A stretch of 64,000 nucleotides of DNA from Zootoca vivipara (GCF_963506605.1 NC_083285.1:16616001-16680000), one strand, 5' to 3'; shown: positions 12,541 to 22,114, counted from the first letter of the stretch. Numbers and translations are program-made. The notes: generated from the sequence alone by a model not told the origin.

Positions 12541-13273
12541 CACACATATATACATATACACCTAGGAGTAAGTCCCATTGAACTCAGAGGGGATTACTTC
12601 TGAGTAAACACGCCCAGGGTTGCACTATTCATCTAGCTGTACTCAGCTATGGTGAACTAAATATAGTTTGCCAAATATACTTGTACTTATTAAAAGTAGT
12701 ATCTCTGATTCCTCTAGAATCAAATTTTATGTGTTTTATTTAATGTGCTTTATTTGTAATAGAAGTATGGGCTGTTTGCATACGGTATAGTTTGTCTGCT
12801 GGCCTTTCCATTCACACAAAATGGATACTCCCCCCCCCCCTTTGTATGGTTAGGAACAGGGAGTGTGTGTTCTTATCTATCATTGCACAGCCCCAAGAAC
12901 ATAATTACTTTGTTTTCACTTGTTTTTGCTGGTCCGTCTCTTTAATGGCACATTTGGGGCATTGTGGATTAAGGTGGAGGAGGTATTAAGAGAGCAAAAC
13001 GCTTCGCGTAGCATTCAGTCTTCTGCTTGATTGGTCCCTCGAGAGGCCAACACAGAGGACCGCTTGGCTAGACATGAAAAGCACACTGAATTATGCTTGG
13101 CTGTGAGGCTTGTTTTTGAATTTTCAGGAACGTGAGCAGGTCCTGTAAGGGCTAGCTAGCTAACATTCCTACAGGATACATGTCAGAGGAAAACTCAACA
13201 GGTCACCATTTGGGAGTGTGAGCTAAAATTGCGGTGTCCGCAGTGTGATAGGAGCAGCACCCTTTTTCATAAG

Positions 13274-13701
13274 TGTCACAGTGGCCGGAGTGGACTACTT
13301 CAGAGTAACGACGCTACGCAGCTCTGCATTTTATTCTTTTATTGGTGCTGCGTATTTACAGTGCTCAAGTCATTGCTATTTACACGGAGCGATGTTGTCA
13401 GTCGGTTTCAGAACCTCCTAATGGCTTTTGGCGCGTCTTTCTCCAACACAAAAGCTTTGGCAGACCCATCCTCTTGCCCCTCCTCTTCCTGCGTAATTCT
13501 GGAGTTGGAGGGATGGGTCTTCCCCCCTTGCTTGCCCCTTCCTGTCCCACCTGGGACCCTGGCTCCTCTACCTTGCCTGAGCCTCGGACACGACTTCCTG
13601 CTTCCCCACTGGAATCGGAACTCTCCCTGCTTTCCCCTTTGCTCGGGGACGGGCTTGAACTCAGGAGGGGAGGGACTTCGCGATATCCCCTGTCCCTCAC
13701 A
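13274..13701 (-). repeat. 3' LTR of the Gypsy element (428 bp)
   Basis: No differences from the 5' LTR by eye; the overlapping ORF translations are identical in several frames. Confidence 0.95.
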
Positions 13702-16700
13702 TCCACCCCCCTCCCAAGCTCTCCTTCACCCCTCCCCAGGCCCCCCCCATGTGTCGGTGACGACTGGAAGCCTAAGAACTCAGTGCTCTCCGAGCCCGTT
13801 GGTGTGAATACCTCCCCCCAGTCCTGCGAGCCCCCCCCTTCCGCCTGGGCGGACGGGAATCCCAAAAAGTCCGTGGCGTCAGAGCTGGTGGGGGTAAAAA
13901 CGTTCTGCCAATCTGCTCCTTCCTCTGACTGGGTGGATCTCGGTGACACCCATACCTCATCCTCTGGTTCCTCAAACTCCGCTTCCCAGCGCCATGGTGA
14001 GCTGCTCTCCCGTGCCTCCTCCTCCTCCCCCTCCCTTTCCATGTGCCAGGGCTTGGGTCTGTGGGGAAAGAGGGCGTGAAATTCTTCCACCAAGAATTCC
14101 TCCTGTATCTGAGTGGCTGGGACCCATTCATTCTGGGACGGTGGAGCATCCTCCCATGCCATGAGGTACTCCAGTCCCCCCACCCCCCACCTTGAATCCA
14201 GGATGGCCGTGGCCTCATTGAGTTGCTCCCTGCCTTCCCTCTCCCCCCCTCCCTCGGGGGTTTGTTCGCTGTCTCGGAGCCTGCTGCTTTCCCTGTACGG
14301 CGACAGCAGCGATCTATGAAACACTGGATGCACCCTCATGTCCTCTGGCAGTGCCAGCCTGTATGCCACCGGGTTTACCTGTTGCGTGACCGTGAAGGGG
14401 CCCAGCCTTTTGGGTGCCAGCTTTTTGCACCTCCCTCTGGTGGGAAGGCCCTCCGAGGACAACCACACCTTGTCCCCCACCCTGATGACCTCCCCTTGTC
14501 GCCTGTGGCGATCTGCCCCCTTTTTGTACGCTTCCTTGGCCCTCTCCAAGTGTTCTCTGAGCTGCTGGTGCACCGTCTCCAGTTCCTCTGCCCAATCCTC
14601 AGCCTGTGGGCCCTCCTCCTCCTCCTCCTCCCTCTCCCTCTCTGGGAAAGATCTGAGGTCGCGCCCGTAATTGGCCTTAAAGGGCGACACCCCTGTGGAG
14701 ACGTGCACTGCATTGTTGTAGGCAAATTCTGCTAGTGGCAAGCGATCCACCCAGTCCGTTTGCCGCTGGCTGACGTAGCATCTCAGGTACTGCTGCAGAA
14801 TGGCGTTGACCCTCTCCGCTTGTCCGTTGGTCTGCGGGTGTCTAGCCGTCGACAAGCTGACCTCCACCTGCAGGAGGTTCATGAGCCGCCGCCAGAACCT
14901 GGAAACAAATTGGCGGCCACGATCCGAAATAACCCTTAAAGGTAATCCATGCAGTCTGAAAATGTGATCAACAAACAGTTTGGCTGTCTCTTCTGCCGAG
15001 ACTGCCCTGGCACACGGTATAAAGTGACACATTTTGGACATAAGGTCCACCACCACCAACACTGCAGTCTTACCCCTGGACGAAGGCAGATCTGTGATGA
15101 AGTCCATGGACACCACTTCCCACGGCCTGTGTGGTGTGGCTAAGGGCTCCAGCAACCCTGGTGGCGCTGCTCTGACCACCTTCGCCCGCTGGCAGGTGGT
15201 ACAGCCCCTTACATAGTCTCGAACATCTTCCCGCACCCCTGGCCACCAGAAGTGTCTCATGACTAGGTGAGCGGTTTTGTCCCTTCCAAAATGCCCCGCT
15301 GTAGGGTTGTCGTGCATCTGCTTGAGGACCGTACGTCGAAGCTGGGTGGTGGGTAGGTACAGCGCACCCTTGTAGAAAAGCAGCCCTCTGCGTTCTGCAA
15401 AGTCTTTTGCCTGCTCCCTCCCCCCTCTCAGTTCTCTGAAGATGCGGTTGGCAAATTCATCCGCTGCCGTCAGTGCTGTGAGTTCTGCCTCGCTCACCAC
15501 AGCTGCTCCGCAGGACCATGCCGACGGGGGGAAAATGTGCCTTGGGGCTGGTGGCGCCTCCTCCTCCATGTACTCTGGCTTGCGGGAGAGGGCATCCGCC
15601 CTGACATTCTGCTCCCCCGGGATGTAGTGGATGGAGAAGTTGAAGTTCGAGAAGAACTCTGCCCACCGTATCTGCCGCTGGTTGAGCACCCTGGCAGTTC
15701 TCCAGAACTCCAGGTTCTTGTGGTCTGTGCACACCTGGATGGGGTGCTTCGCGCCCACCAGGAAGTGTCGCCAGTGCTGGAACGCAGCGTAGATCGCAAG
15801 AAGTTCCCTATCAAACACTGTGTAGTTGCGTTCAGGCTGTGTCAGCTTCCTGGAGAAGAAGGCACAGGGTCTCCACTCCCTGTTGGCGTCCAGTTGCAAC
15901 AAAATTGCGCCCACAGCTTTTTCAGAAGCATCTGTCTCAATGCGTAGGGGCGCGTCCTGCACCACATGGAACAGGTTTTGGTCTGAGGCGAACACTCTCT
16001 TGAGGCTTTCGAACGCTGCTTGCGCCTCTGGTGTCCACTTGAACTTCTGCTTGCCTCTCAGGCAGTCCGTGATGGGAGCCGTAACGCGAGAGAAGTTCTT
16101 GATGAACTTCCTGTAGAAGTTAGCGAAGCCTAGTAGGCGTTGGGCATCTTTGCGCGTCCTGGGGCTGTGCCAGTCCAGGATGGCCTGCACCTTGTCCTTG
16201 TCCATCGCCAGCCCCTTGTCTGACAGCTTGTAGCCCAGGAAGTCCACCTCTTTGGTGTGAAACTTGCACTTCTCCAGCTTCACATACAGGTGGTTCTCCT
16301 TCAGGCGTTGCAACACCTCTCTGACATCTTTCACATGCTGCACTGGGTCATTCGAGTAGATAAGGATGTCATCTAGGAAGACCAAGCATTTCCTGAAGAG
16401 GAGGGACCCCAGGACGTGGTGCATGAAGGCCTGGAAGCATGCTGAGCCCCCTTGCAAACCGAAGGGCATCACCAGATATTCAAAAGAGCCCAGAGGCGTG
16501 AACATCGTGGTTTTCCATTCATCTCCTTCCCGGATCCTGATCAAGTTGTACGCCCCCCTTAGGTCCAGCTTGGTGAAAATCTTGCCCCTGCGTGCCGCTG
16601 TCAGGAGATCATCCACTCTGGGCATGGGGAAAGCCACGGGCTCTGTCACCGAATTCAGCCGTCTAAAGTCCACCACAAGACGGCGCTGTTGCGTGTCTTT

Positions 16701-17696
16701 CTTGTCCACCCAGAAGACCGGGCTGCCCCCTGCTGCCTTGCTTTCCCTTATGAACCCCCGCTTGAGGTTCTTGTCGATGAAAGCGCGCAGATCCTCCAGC
16801 TCCTGGTCTTTGCTGGCTCCAGGCGTGGCCTGAAAGGGTTGTTGAGGGAGTGGCTTCTCCTGCGACCGTGGGAACCAAGCCCGCTTTGCGCGCGTCGCTT
16901 GCTTGTCGTTCCACCGGGATTCCTGCCTCACCCCCACCGCCAGAGCTGCTTTGCTCAGCTGATCCATAGTACTGGGCTTTGGACCTCTCGAGAGTTCATC
17001 CTTCACCTCCTCGCTCAAACCCAAGTAAAACGCAGCTTGCATGGGAGGCGAATCCAAAACCCACCCCAGTCTGTGCACCAGCATGGTGAATTTCGCCCAA
17101 TATGCGCGAACTGTCATATTTCCTTGGCGTAAATTATGCAGTTCCTCCTTAGTCTGGTCCAAATGACTATCGGACGAATACATCGTCCTCAAACCTTCTA
17201 GAAATTGTTGGACATTTTTCATGCAAGGATTCTTGGTTGCGATTAATGGTCTTAGCCACTCCCTGGCTGCTCCGGTGAGATGTTCCACAATAAACGCTAC
17301 TCTGTGCTCATCATCGGGGAACTCATTCTGGTGCAGCTCAAGAGCATACACGATCTCAGTCTCAAAGCCCTGAAACTCCTTCGGGTCTCCATTGAACTTG
17401 CTTACAAGGGTCCCTGCTCTCCTTCCTGGCAGCACTTGGACTTGGGGAGCCCCTCCCGCCTTGTTTTTCTCTGCATCCAGCTTGTTTTGGAGGTCTACCG
17501 CCACCGCCCTTAAATGCTGCTCTTTTTCCTGGAGCTCTCTCACCTGTTCCGCAAGTTGTAGCCGGTCGTCCTGGACCTTCTTAGTCTCCTCTTTAGCTGC
17601 CTTCAATTCTCCCTGCGCCTGCAGCGACAGCTGTTGCAGTTCTAGCTGGGCTTGCTCAGCGATCTGCCGCCACTTCTCCGCCTCGGACACGCTCAT
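13398..17696 (-). CDS. Gag-RT-RNaseH-integrase-chromodomain polyprotein, 1432 aa from the first ATG (MSVSEAE)
   Basis: Gag capsid (KFNGDPKEF, LRQGNMTVRAYWAKF); RT (LDLRGAYNLI, MPFGL, FLDD); RNase H (TDAS, DRELLA, TDHKNL, ADALSR); integrase (HHCC, SMDF, SDRG, GQAER, GPF); chromodomain (ILDSR..YLMAW..EW). The ORF-track start at 17720 is a TTG. Confidence 0.93.
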   Translation of the reverse strand: MSVSEAEKWRQIAEQAQLELQQLSLQAQGELKAAKEETKKVQDDRLQLAEQVRELQEKEQHLRAVAVDLQNKLDAEKNKAGGAPQVQVLPGRRAGTLVSKFNGDPKEFQGFETEIVYALELHQNEFPDDEHRVAFIVEHLTGAAREWLRPLIATKNPCMKNVQQFLEGLRTMYSSDSHLDQTKEELHNLRQGNMTVRAYWAKFTMLVHRLGWVLDSPPMQAAFYLGLSEEVKDELSRGPKPSTMDQLSKAALAVGVRQESRWNDKQATRAKRAWFPRSQEKPLPQQPFQATPGASKDQELEDLRAFIDKNLKRGFIRESKAAGGSPVFWVDKKDTQQRRLVVDFRRLNSVTEPVAFPMPRVDDLLTAARRGKIFTKLDLRGAYNLIRIREGDEWKTTMFTPLGSFEYLVMPFGLQGGSACFQAFMHHVLGSLLFRKCLVFLDDILIYSNDPVQHVKDVREVLQRLKENHLYVKLEKCKFHTKEVDFLGYKLSDKGLAMDKDKVQAILDWHSPRTRKDAQRLLGFANFYRKFIKNFSRVTAPITDCLRGKQKFKWTPEAQAAFESLKRVFASDQNLFHVVQDAPLRIETDASEKAVGAILLQLDANREWRPCAFFSRKLTQPERNYTVFDRELLAIYAAFQHWRHFLVGAKHPIQVCTDHKNLEFWRTARVLNQRQIRWAEFFSNFNFSIHYIPGEQNVRADALSRKPEYMEEEAPPAPRHIFPPSAWSCGAAVVSEAELTALTAADEFANRIFRELRGGREQAKDFAERRGLLFYKGALYLPTTQLRRTVLKQMHDNPTAGHFGRDKTAHLVMRHFWWPGVREDVRDYVRGCTTCQRAKVVRAAPPGLLEPLATPHRPWEVVSMDFITDLPSSRGKTAVLVVVDLMSKMCHFIPCARAVSAEETAKLFVDHIFRLHGLPLRVISDRGRQFVSRFWRRLMNLLQVEVSLSTARHPQTNGQAERVNAILQQYLRCYVSQRQTDWVDRLPLAEFAYNNAVHVSTGVSPFKANYGRDLRSFPEREREEEEEEGPQAEDWAEELETVHQQLREHLERAKEAYKKGADRHRRQGEVIRVGDKVWLSSEGLPTRGRCKKLAPKRLGPFTVTQQVNPVAYRLALPEDMRVHPVFHRSLLSPYRESSRLRDSEQTPEGGGEREGREQLNEATAILDSRWGVGGLEYLMAWEDAPPSQNEWVPATQIQEEFLVEEFHALFPHRPKPWHMEREGEEEEARESSSPWRWEAEFEEPEDEVWVSPRSTQSEEGADWQNVFTPTSSDATDFLGFPSAQAEGGGSQDWGEVFTPTGSESTEFLGFQSSPTHGGGLGRGEGELGRGVDVRDRGYREVPPLLSSSPSPSKGESRESSDSSGEAGSRVRGSGKVEEPGSQVGQEGASKGGRPIPPTPELRRKRRGKRMGLPKLLCWRKTRQKPLGGSETD
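13702..13715 (-). other. Polypurine tract
   Basis: GGGAGGGGGGTGGA directly 5' of the 3' LTR on the - strand. Confidence 0.85.
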
Positions 17697-17725
17697 CCCG
17701 GCAACTCCGAAGTAGCCCAAAAATG

Positions 17726-17736
17726 ATTAGGAGGTT
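17726..17736 (-). other. Self-priming-type primer binding site (AACCTCCTAAT)
   Basis: Starts 2 nt after the 5' LTR, has no TGG, and is perfectly complementary to 11 nt inside the LTR (17877-17887). Confidence 0.75.
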
Positions 17737-17738
17737 GC

Positions 17739-18166
17739 TGTCACAGTGGCCGGAGTGGACTACTTCAGAGTAACGACGCTACGCAGCTCTGCATTTTATT
17801 CTTTTATTGGTGCTGCGTATTTACAGTGCTCAAGTCATTGCTATTTACACGGAGCGATGTTGTCAGTCGGTTTCAGAACCTCCTAATGGCTTTTGGCGCG
17901 TCTTTCTCCAACACAAAAGCTTTGGCAGACCCATCCTCTTGCCCCTCCTCTTCCTGCGTAATTCTGGAGTTGGAGGGATGGGTCTTCCCCCCTTGCTTGC
18001 CCCTTCCTGTCCCACCTGGGACCCTGGCTCCTCTACCTTGCCTGAGCCTCGGACACGACTTCCTGCTTCCCCACTGGAATCGGAACTCTCCCTGCTTTCC
18101 CCTTTGCTCGGGGACGGGCTTGAACTCAGGAGGGGAGGGACTTCGCGATATCCCCTGTCCCTCACA
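17739..18166 (-). repeat. 5' LTR of the Gypsy element (428 bp)
   Basis: TGTGAGGGAC...CTGTGACA on the - strand; two AATAAA signals at about 17794-17808; direct repeat of 13274-13701. Confidence 0.95.
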
Positions 18167-19566
18167 ATAAGCATTAGAAAGATGACTATTCCTACAGCCA
18201 GGGAGAGAAGTGTAATTCTCTCCCTAGTTATACACAGTTGTGATTTATCTTATTTCTTTATTAAAGTGATCTGCCCTCCACCCATTATTTCAAAGAAATG
18301 CCAGGACAATGAAACAAACAGGACAGCAATAAAAGCTGTACCAGTAAAACAACTATAAAACTTCTGCATCATTTAGGCAGTACCCAGAGATACTAGGAGT
18401 TAGCCAGGAGAAGCTTGGGTGAAGAGGTATGTTTTTCAGTTGCTGGCAGAAACACTCCGCTGTTGATGCCCACCTGATCTCCAAGTGGAGATAATCTCAT
18501 AAAATAGGTGCCACCACAGAGTACACCACCCTTCTCTGCACCACTGTTGAGTACAGTAGTTGAGATCCTTCACAGATCGCAGTGACATGAATGTTGCAGT
18601 ACTTTGAAATGCAAACAGTTTCATTCTGTGCCAGGGTGAGTAAGAATAGTGTATCCACCATCGCTTTATATAAAGCAGTTGCCAAAAGATTAAAATCTTT
18701 TTGGGAAGTGGCAATTTATCATACGTTTGAATTACAAGAACTTTGTGCCAAAGGGAGAGACAAGTCCTAGTGCAGATATTTCATCGTGATCAACACAGAT
18801 AAATTATGCACCATTTCCACAGACTATTGTAGTATTGTCAGTGTCAAAGCCTCTTATCCCTGGGAGGGTTTTATTTGCGCAGCCAAACATATCCAGTGAC
18901 AAAATTTCTGCTTAGCTGCATTGCTAGGAACACATTGTTTCTTTGTTGCTGCAGCTTTCCTTCCTGTGTCCATCATCTCCCCCCCCCCCCCACAAAAAAA
19001 ATCGTTCTGTGAATATTGTTGCACAAATTCCAAATGAAAGAACAAATAAAGTTATTGTAACTTTGTGTCATAAAAACTATAAGAGGCATTGATTACTGGG
19101 TGTTTTTGACATTTCATGAACCAGCGGCTATTGTAGCTTTTACTGTAATTGGTGAAAGCCAGTTTAAATGGCTAACAGGAAATGGGTATGCGTAGGATTA
19201 TTTTAACAGCATTTGAGAGAAAATAATTTCTTCAATATTTTTTTATTAGGCCTGTTGGGAAACTGATATATATTTTTTTAAAGAAATACTGGACATCACA
19301 CAATAACAATTGGTTGGCTTAATTCTGCTTTTACAGATGGAGTTACATTTGATCATCACAGAGCACAGACAAATATTAAGCTGACAATTTTGGCTTATTC
19401 AACCTTTATCCTTCCATAAATTTGGTTTGTCTTATCTTAGAGTGTGTGTAATGTACAGGCCAAATTCAGATAAATGGGTGTAAACAGACATTATACCATG
19501 CAGGACTTTTATCACAAGTGTCAGATTTTTCCTTGCAGACATTTTTCAATCTGGTATGACCCTCAA

Positions 19567-19945
19567 GGAAGCGGGTGGCACTGTGGTCTAAACCACAGAG
19601 CCTAGAGCTTGCCGATCAGAAGGTCGATGGTTCGAATCCCCACAACGGGGTGAGCCCCTATTGCTCTGCCCCAGCTCCTGCCAACCTAGCAGTTCAAAAG
19701 CACGCCAAAAAGTGCAAGTAGATAAATAGGTACTGCTGCAGCGGGAAGGTAAATGGCGTTTCCGTGTGCTGCTCTGGTTTCGGTGTTCTGTTGCGCCAGA
19801 AGCGGCTTAGTCATGCTGGCCACATGACCCAGAAAAAACTGTCCATGGACAAACACCGGCTCCCTCGGCCTGTAAAGCGAGATGAATCCCCAGAGTCATC
19901 CGCGACTGGACTTAACGGTCAGGGGTCCCTTTACCTTTACCTCAC
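19567..19945 (+). mobile_element. Sauria SINE, full length
   Basis: tRNA-derived head with B box GGTTCGAATCC, ACCTTT tail, 11-bp TSD ATGACCCTCAA. Confidence 0.9.
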
Positions 19946-20544
19946 ATGACCCTCAAAGCTTGCATAGCCTCTTCTTTGCCCAGAAACAGGCACCCCAGGC
20001 ACATGTACAACCTGCACAAGTTTGGGTTCATCCAGGGGTCTCCTTGAACCTGAATCCATCCCAGATACAGGTATAGCTCTTTGGGCCTTTTCATGTTAAT
20101 TCTCTAAAGTCCAGATGCAAAGGTGAATAGTGAACTGATACTGACACCACCTTGACTGCAGGTTGCAAAGGGCAGGGAGGTGACCATGGTCAATGTGCTG
20201 CTGGCAGAAACTGCCCTTCTTGCCACCATTGCTGCCACTCCCTTCTCAAGACATAGGGAAGGCAGAAACACTGCCACCACTCTCATCTGGCTTCCTGACT
20301 ATGTCAGTCAGACTTGGTTCCATGATGAGTTTCACTCTTGAGAAACTGCTGGAGAATTTCTCCCAGTCTTCCTAGAAAAAGGTTCAGTTAAATGGTTTTC
20401 CCGTCTCAATTTCTCTGCTCGAAGATAGGGCACAGAATTAGGAGAGGCAGTGTAAATATGTACATTTTTTTTTGCAAAGGGTGCTTCAGGAGATAACAGA
20501 AATCACTGGGTTAAAGCTGACCAAAAGTCCAGAGGTAGCATTAT

Positions 20545-20940
20545 TATCAATTTACAATGGGGTGGGTGGTTCACAGGCTTGCTCACAAATTTATTGACAG
20601 CTGCACAAATTATTATAGCCAGAAAGTGGAAGGGGCAAGCAGAACATAAAGAGGAAGAGTGATATAAAGAGGTGTAGGATATAGTTGTTAATGATAAATT
20701 AACATGTGCCATTAAGGTAAGATGGGGAATAAGCAGGATAAATGATTTTGAGGAGATATGAAGGGTGTTTGTAGAATTTGTACTGTTAAAATGGAAAGGG
20801 GTAAAAAACCATCACAGGAGGTGCTGAAATTTTGGGAGACTGGATAGTTACAATGGAATTATCTCGGTGGTGGGGTGCATATTTTTATCCTTATTTATGA
20901 TTATTACATTGTCAAAATAATAATAAATAATAATAATAAA
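20545..20940 (+). mobile_element. L1-type LINE 3' fragment
   Basis: Degenerate LLTAAQIIIARKWK ORF2 C-terminus and (TAA)n tail. Confidence 0.6.
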
Positions 20941-21335
20941 AGAATTTAGAGATGCAATCTGTGCATGGTTCTAAGTTGTGTAGCGACAAAGCAGCCAAAC
21001 CACTGAAAGTACATTAAGTCATAATAATGGGGTAGGAGAGCTGAGGGGAAGGAATCACACCTTGCGACCAATGCACCCCTTTGGTTTTTAGATAGTACAT
21101 GGGTAGACGAGTCTAAAAAGCCCGGGACACAAATTTTCAGGGCCCTCTAGTGGCTATGGTGATTCATTTACCAGAAGTTATGTAATTAGCATTAACTCTA
21201 GAAATATGAACATAAGCCTCCTGGTGTATACTGGCTTAGGGGCTAGGCGAATCTTTTTTATATTATTGAATTAATGTGACCTGTGAATTATTGGGTTCTG
21301 TCTCCAACCCCCAAAGATGAACAGAACTGAACTTT

Positions 21336-21468
21336 ACACGTAGGTAGCCATGTTGGTCTGACACAGTCAAAACAAAATAAAATAATCCTTCCAGTAGCAC
21401 CTTAGAGACCAAGTTTGTCATAGGTACAAGCTTTCGTGTGCATGCACACTTCTTCAGATACACTTCTT
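21336..21468 (-). mobile_element. Penelope-like element terminal fragment
   Basis: Same family as 12328-12540; 14-bp TSD CAGAACTGAACTTT (21322-21335, 21469-21482). Confidence 0.65.
21424..21461 (-). ncRNA. Minimal type I hammerhead ribozyme motif (Penelope-type)
   Basis: GUAU-CUGAAGA-A-GUGUGC AU GCACAC-GAAAGCUU-GUAC. Confidence 0.55.
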
Positions 21469-21822
21469 CAGAACTGAACTTTGATACTTTGAAACCCAAG
21501 GGGTGCATTGGTTGCCAGATGCGAAATATATTGGCATTACTTTCAGCTCTCCCACCCCATTACAAGATGGCGCCCTCCTGCCAAGCTGTTGCTTGGCAAG
21601 ACACCGTTTCTAGCTGTTGCTACCAATGCGCCATTTGTGCCACATCAGATAAAACTGTTGGAATACTGGGCGGTCCAATAGACGTAACAAAATGATAATG
21701 TTGCCAGAGCTGCTTTTATGTTCTTGTAAAAAAACATCCAGTTCCAGCGCCTAAAGGGGGGGCCCTGTTTTCTCTAGTGCTGTGATTCAAACAATGCCTT
21801 GAATGATTTGTTGTTGTTGTAG

Positions 21823-21978
21823 CAATGGGTCAGCAACGTCGGAAGATCTCTTCTGGAAACTTGATGCACTGCAGATGTTCGTCTTCGACCTTCATTGGCC
21901 AGAGCCAGAATTTGCCCACCACTTAGAACAGAGGCTGAAACTCATGGCCAGTGATATGATAGAAGCATGCGTCAAAAG
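21823..21978 (+). CDS. CADPS2: CADPS2 coding exon ([51 protein letters not shown])
   Basis: ttgtag acceptor and AG|gtacgt donor; 156 nt, phase 2-2; near-identical to CAPS2. Confidence 0.95.
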
Positions 21979-22114
21979 GTACGTGGGCATTTTCGTAAAT
22001 TGCCGTACAAATGCTACCATTTCTGGGACTCCTGTGGATGTTTGAGTTGAGCAGCCTAGTGTGAAAGTGGCAGGATTAATCCAGCGGCATGGCATTGGTT
22101 GTTGGTTGCCTGGG

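Larger units (their letters stand above)
13274..18166 (-). mobile_element. Ty3/Gypsy chromovirus (Tf1/sushi-like) LTR retrotransposon, recent insertion, internally deleted (no protease)
   Basis: Two 428-bp TG...CA LTRs, 5-bp TSD ATAAG (13269-13273 and 18167-18171), PPT and gag-pol ORF. Confidence 0.95.

Noticed and set aside
13398-17696. Domesticated sushi-ichi gene (PEG10/RTL1-like)
   Set aside because: Identical LTRs, PPT and TSD indicate a recent insertion rather than an old exapted gene.
13229-18358. + strand ORFs over the retrotransposon (192, 245 and 183 aa, etc.)
   Set aside because: Antisense shadows of the GC-rich gag-pol/LTR, with no domain signatures.
19567-19645. tRNA gene
   Set aside because: tRNA-derived head of a Sauria SINE (also at about 49170 and 57490).
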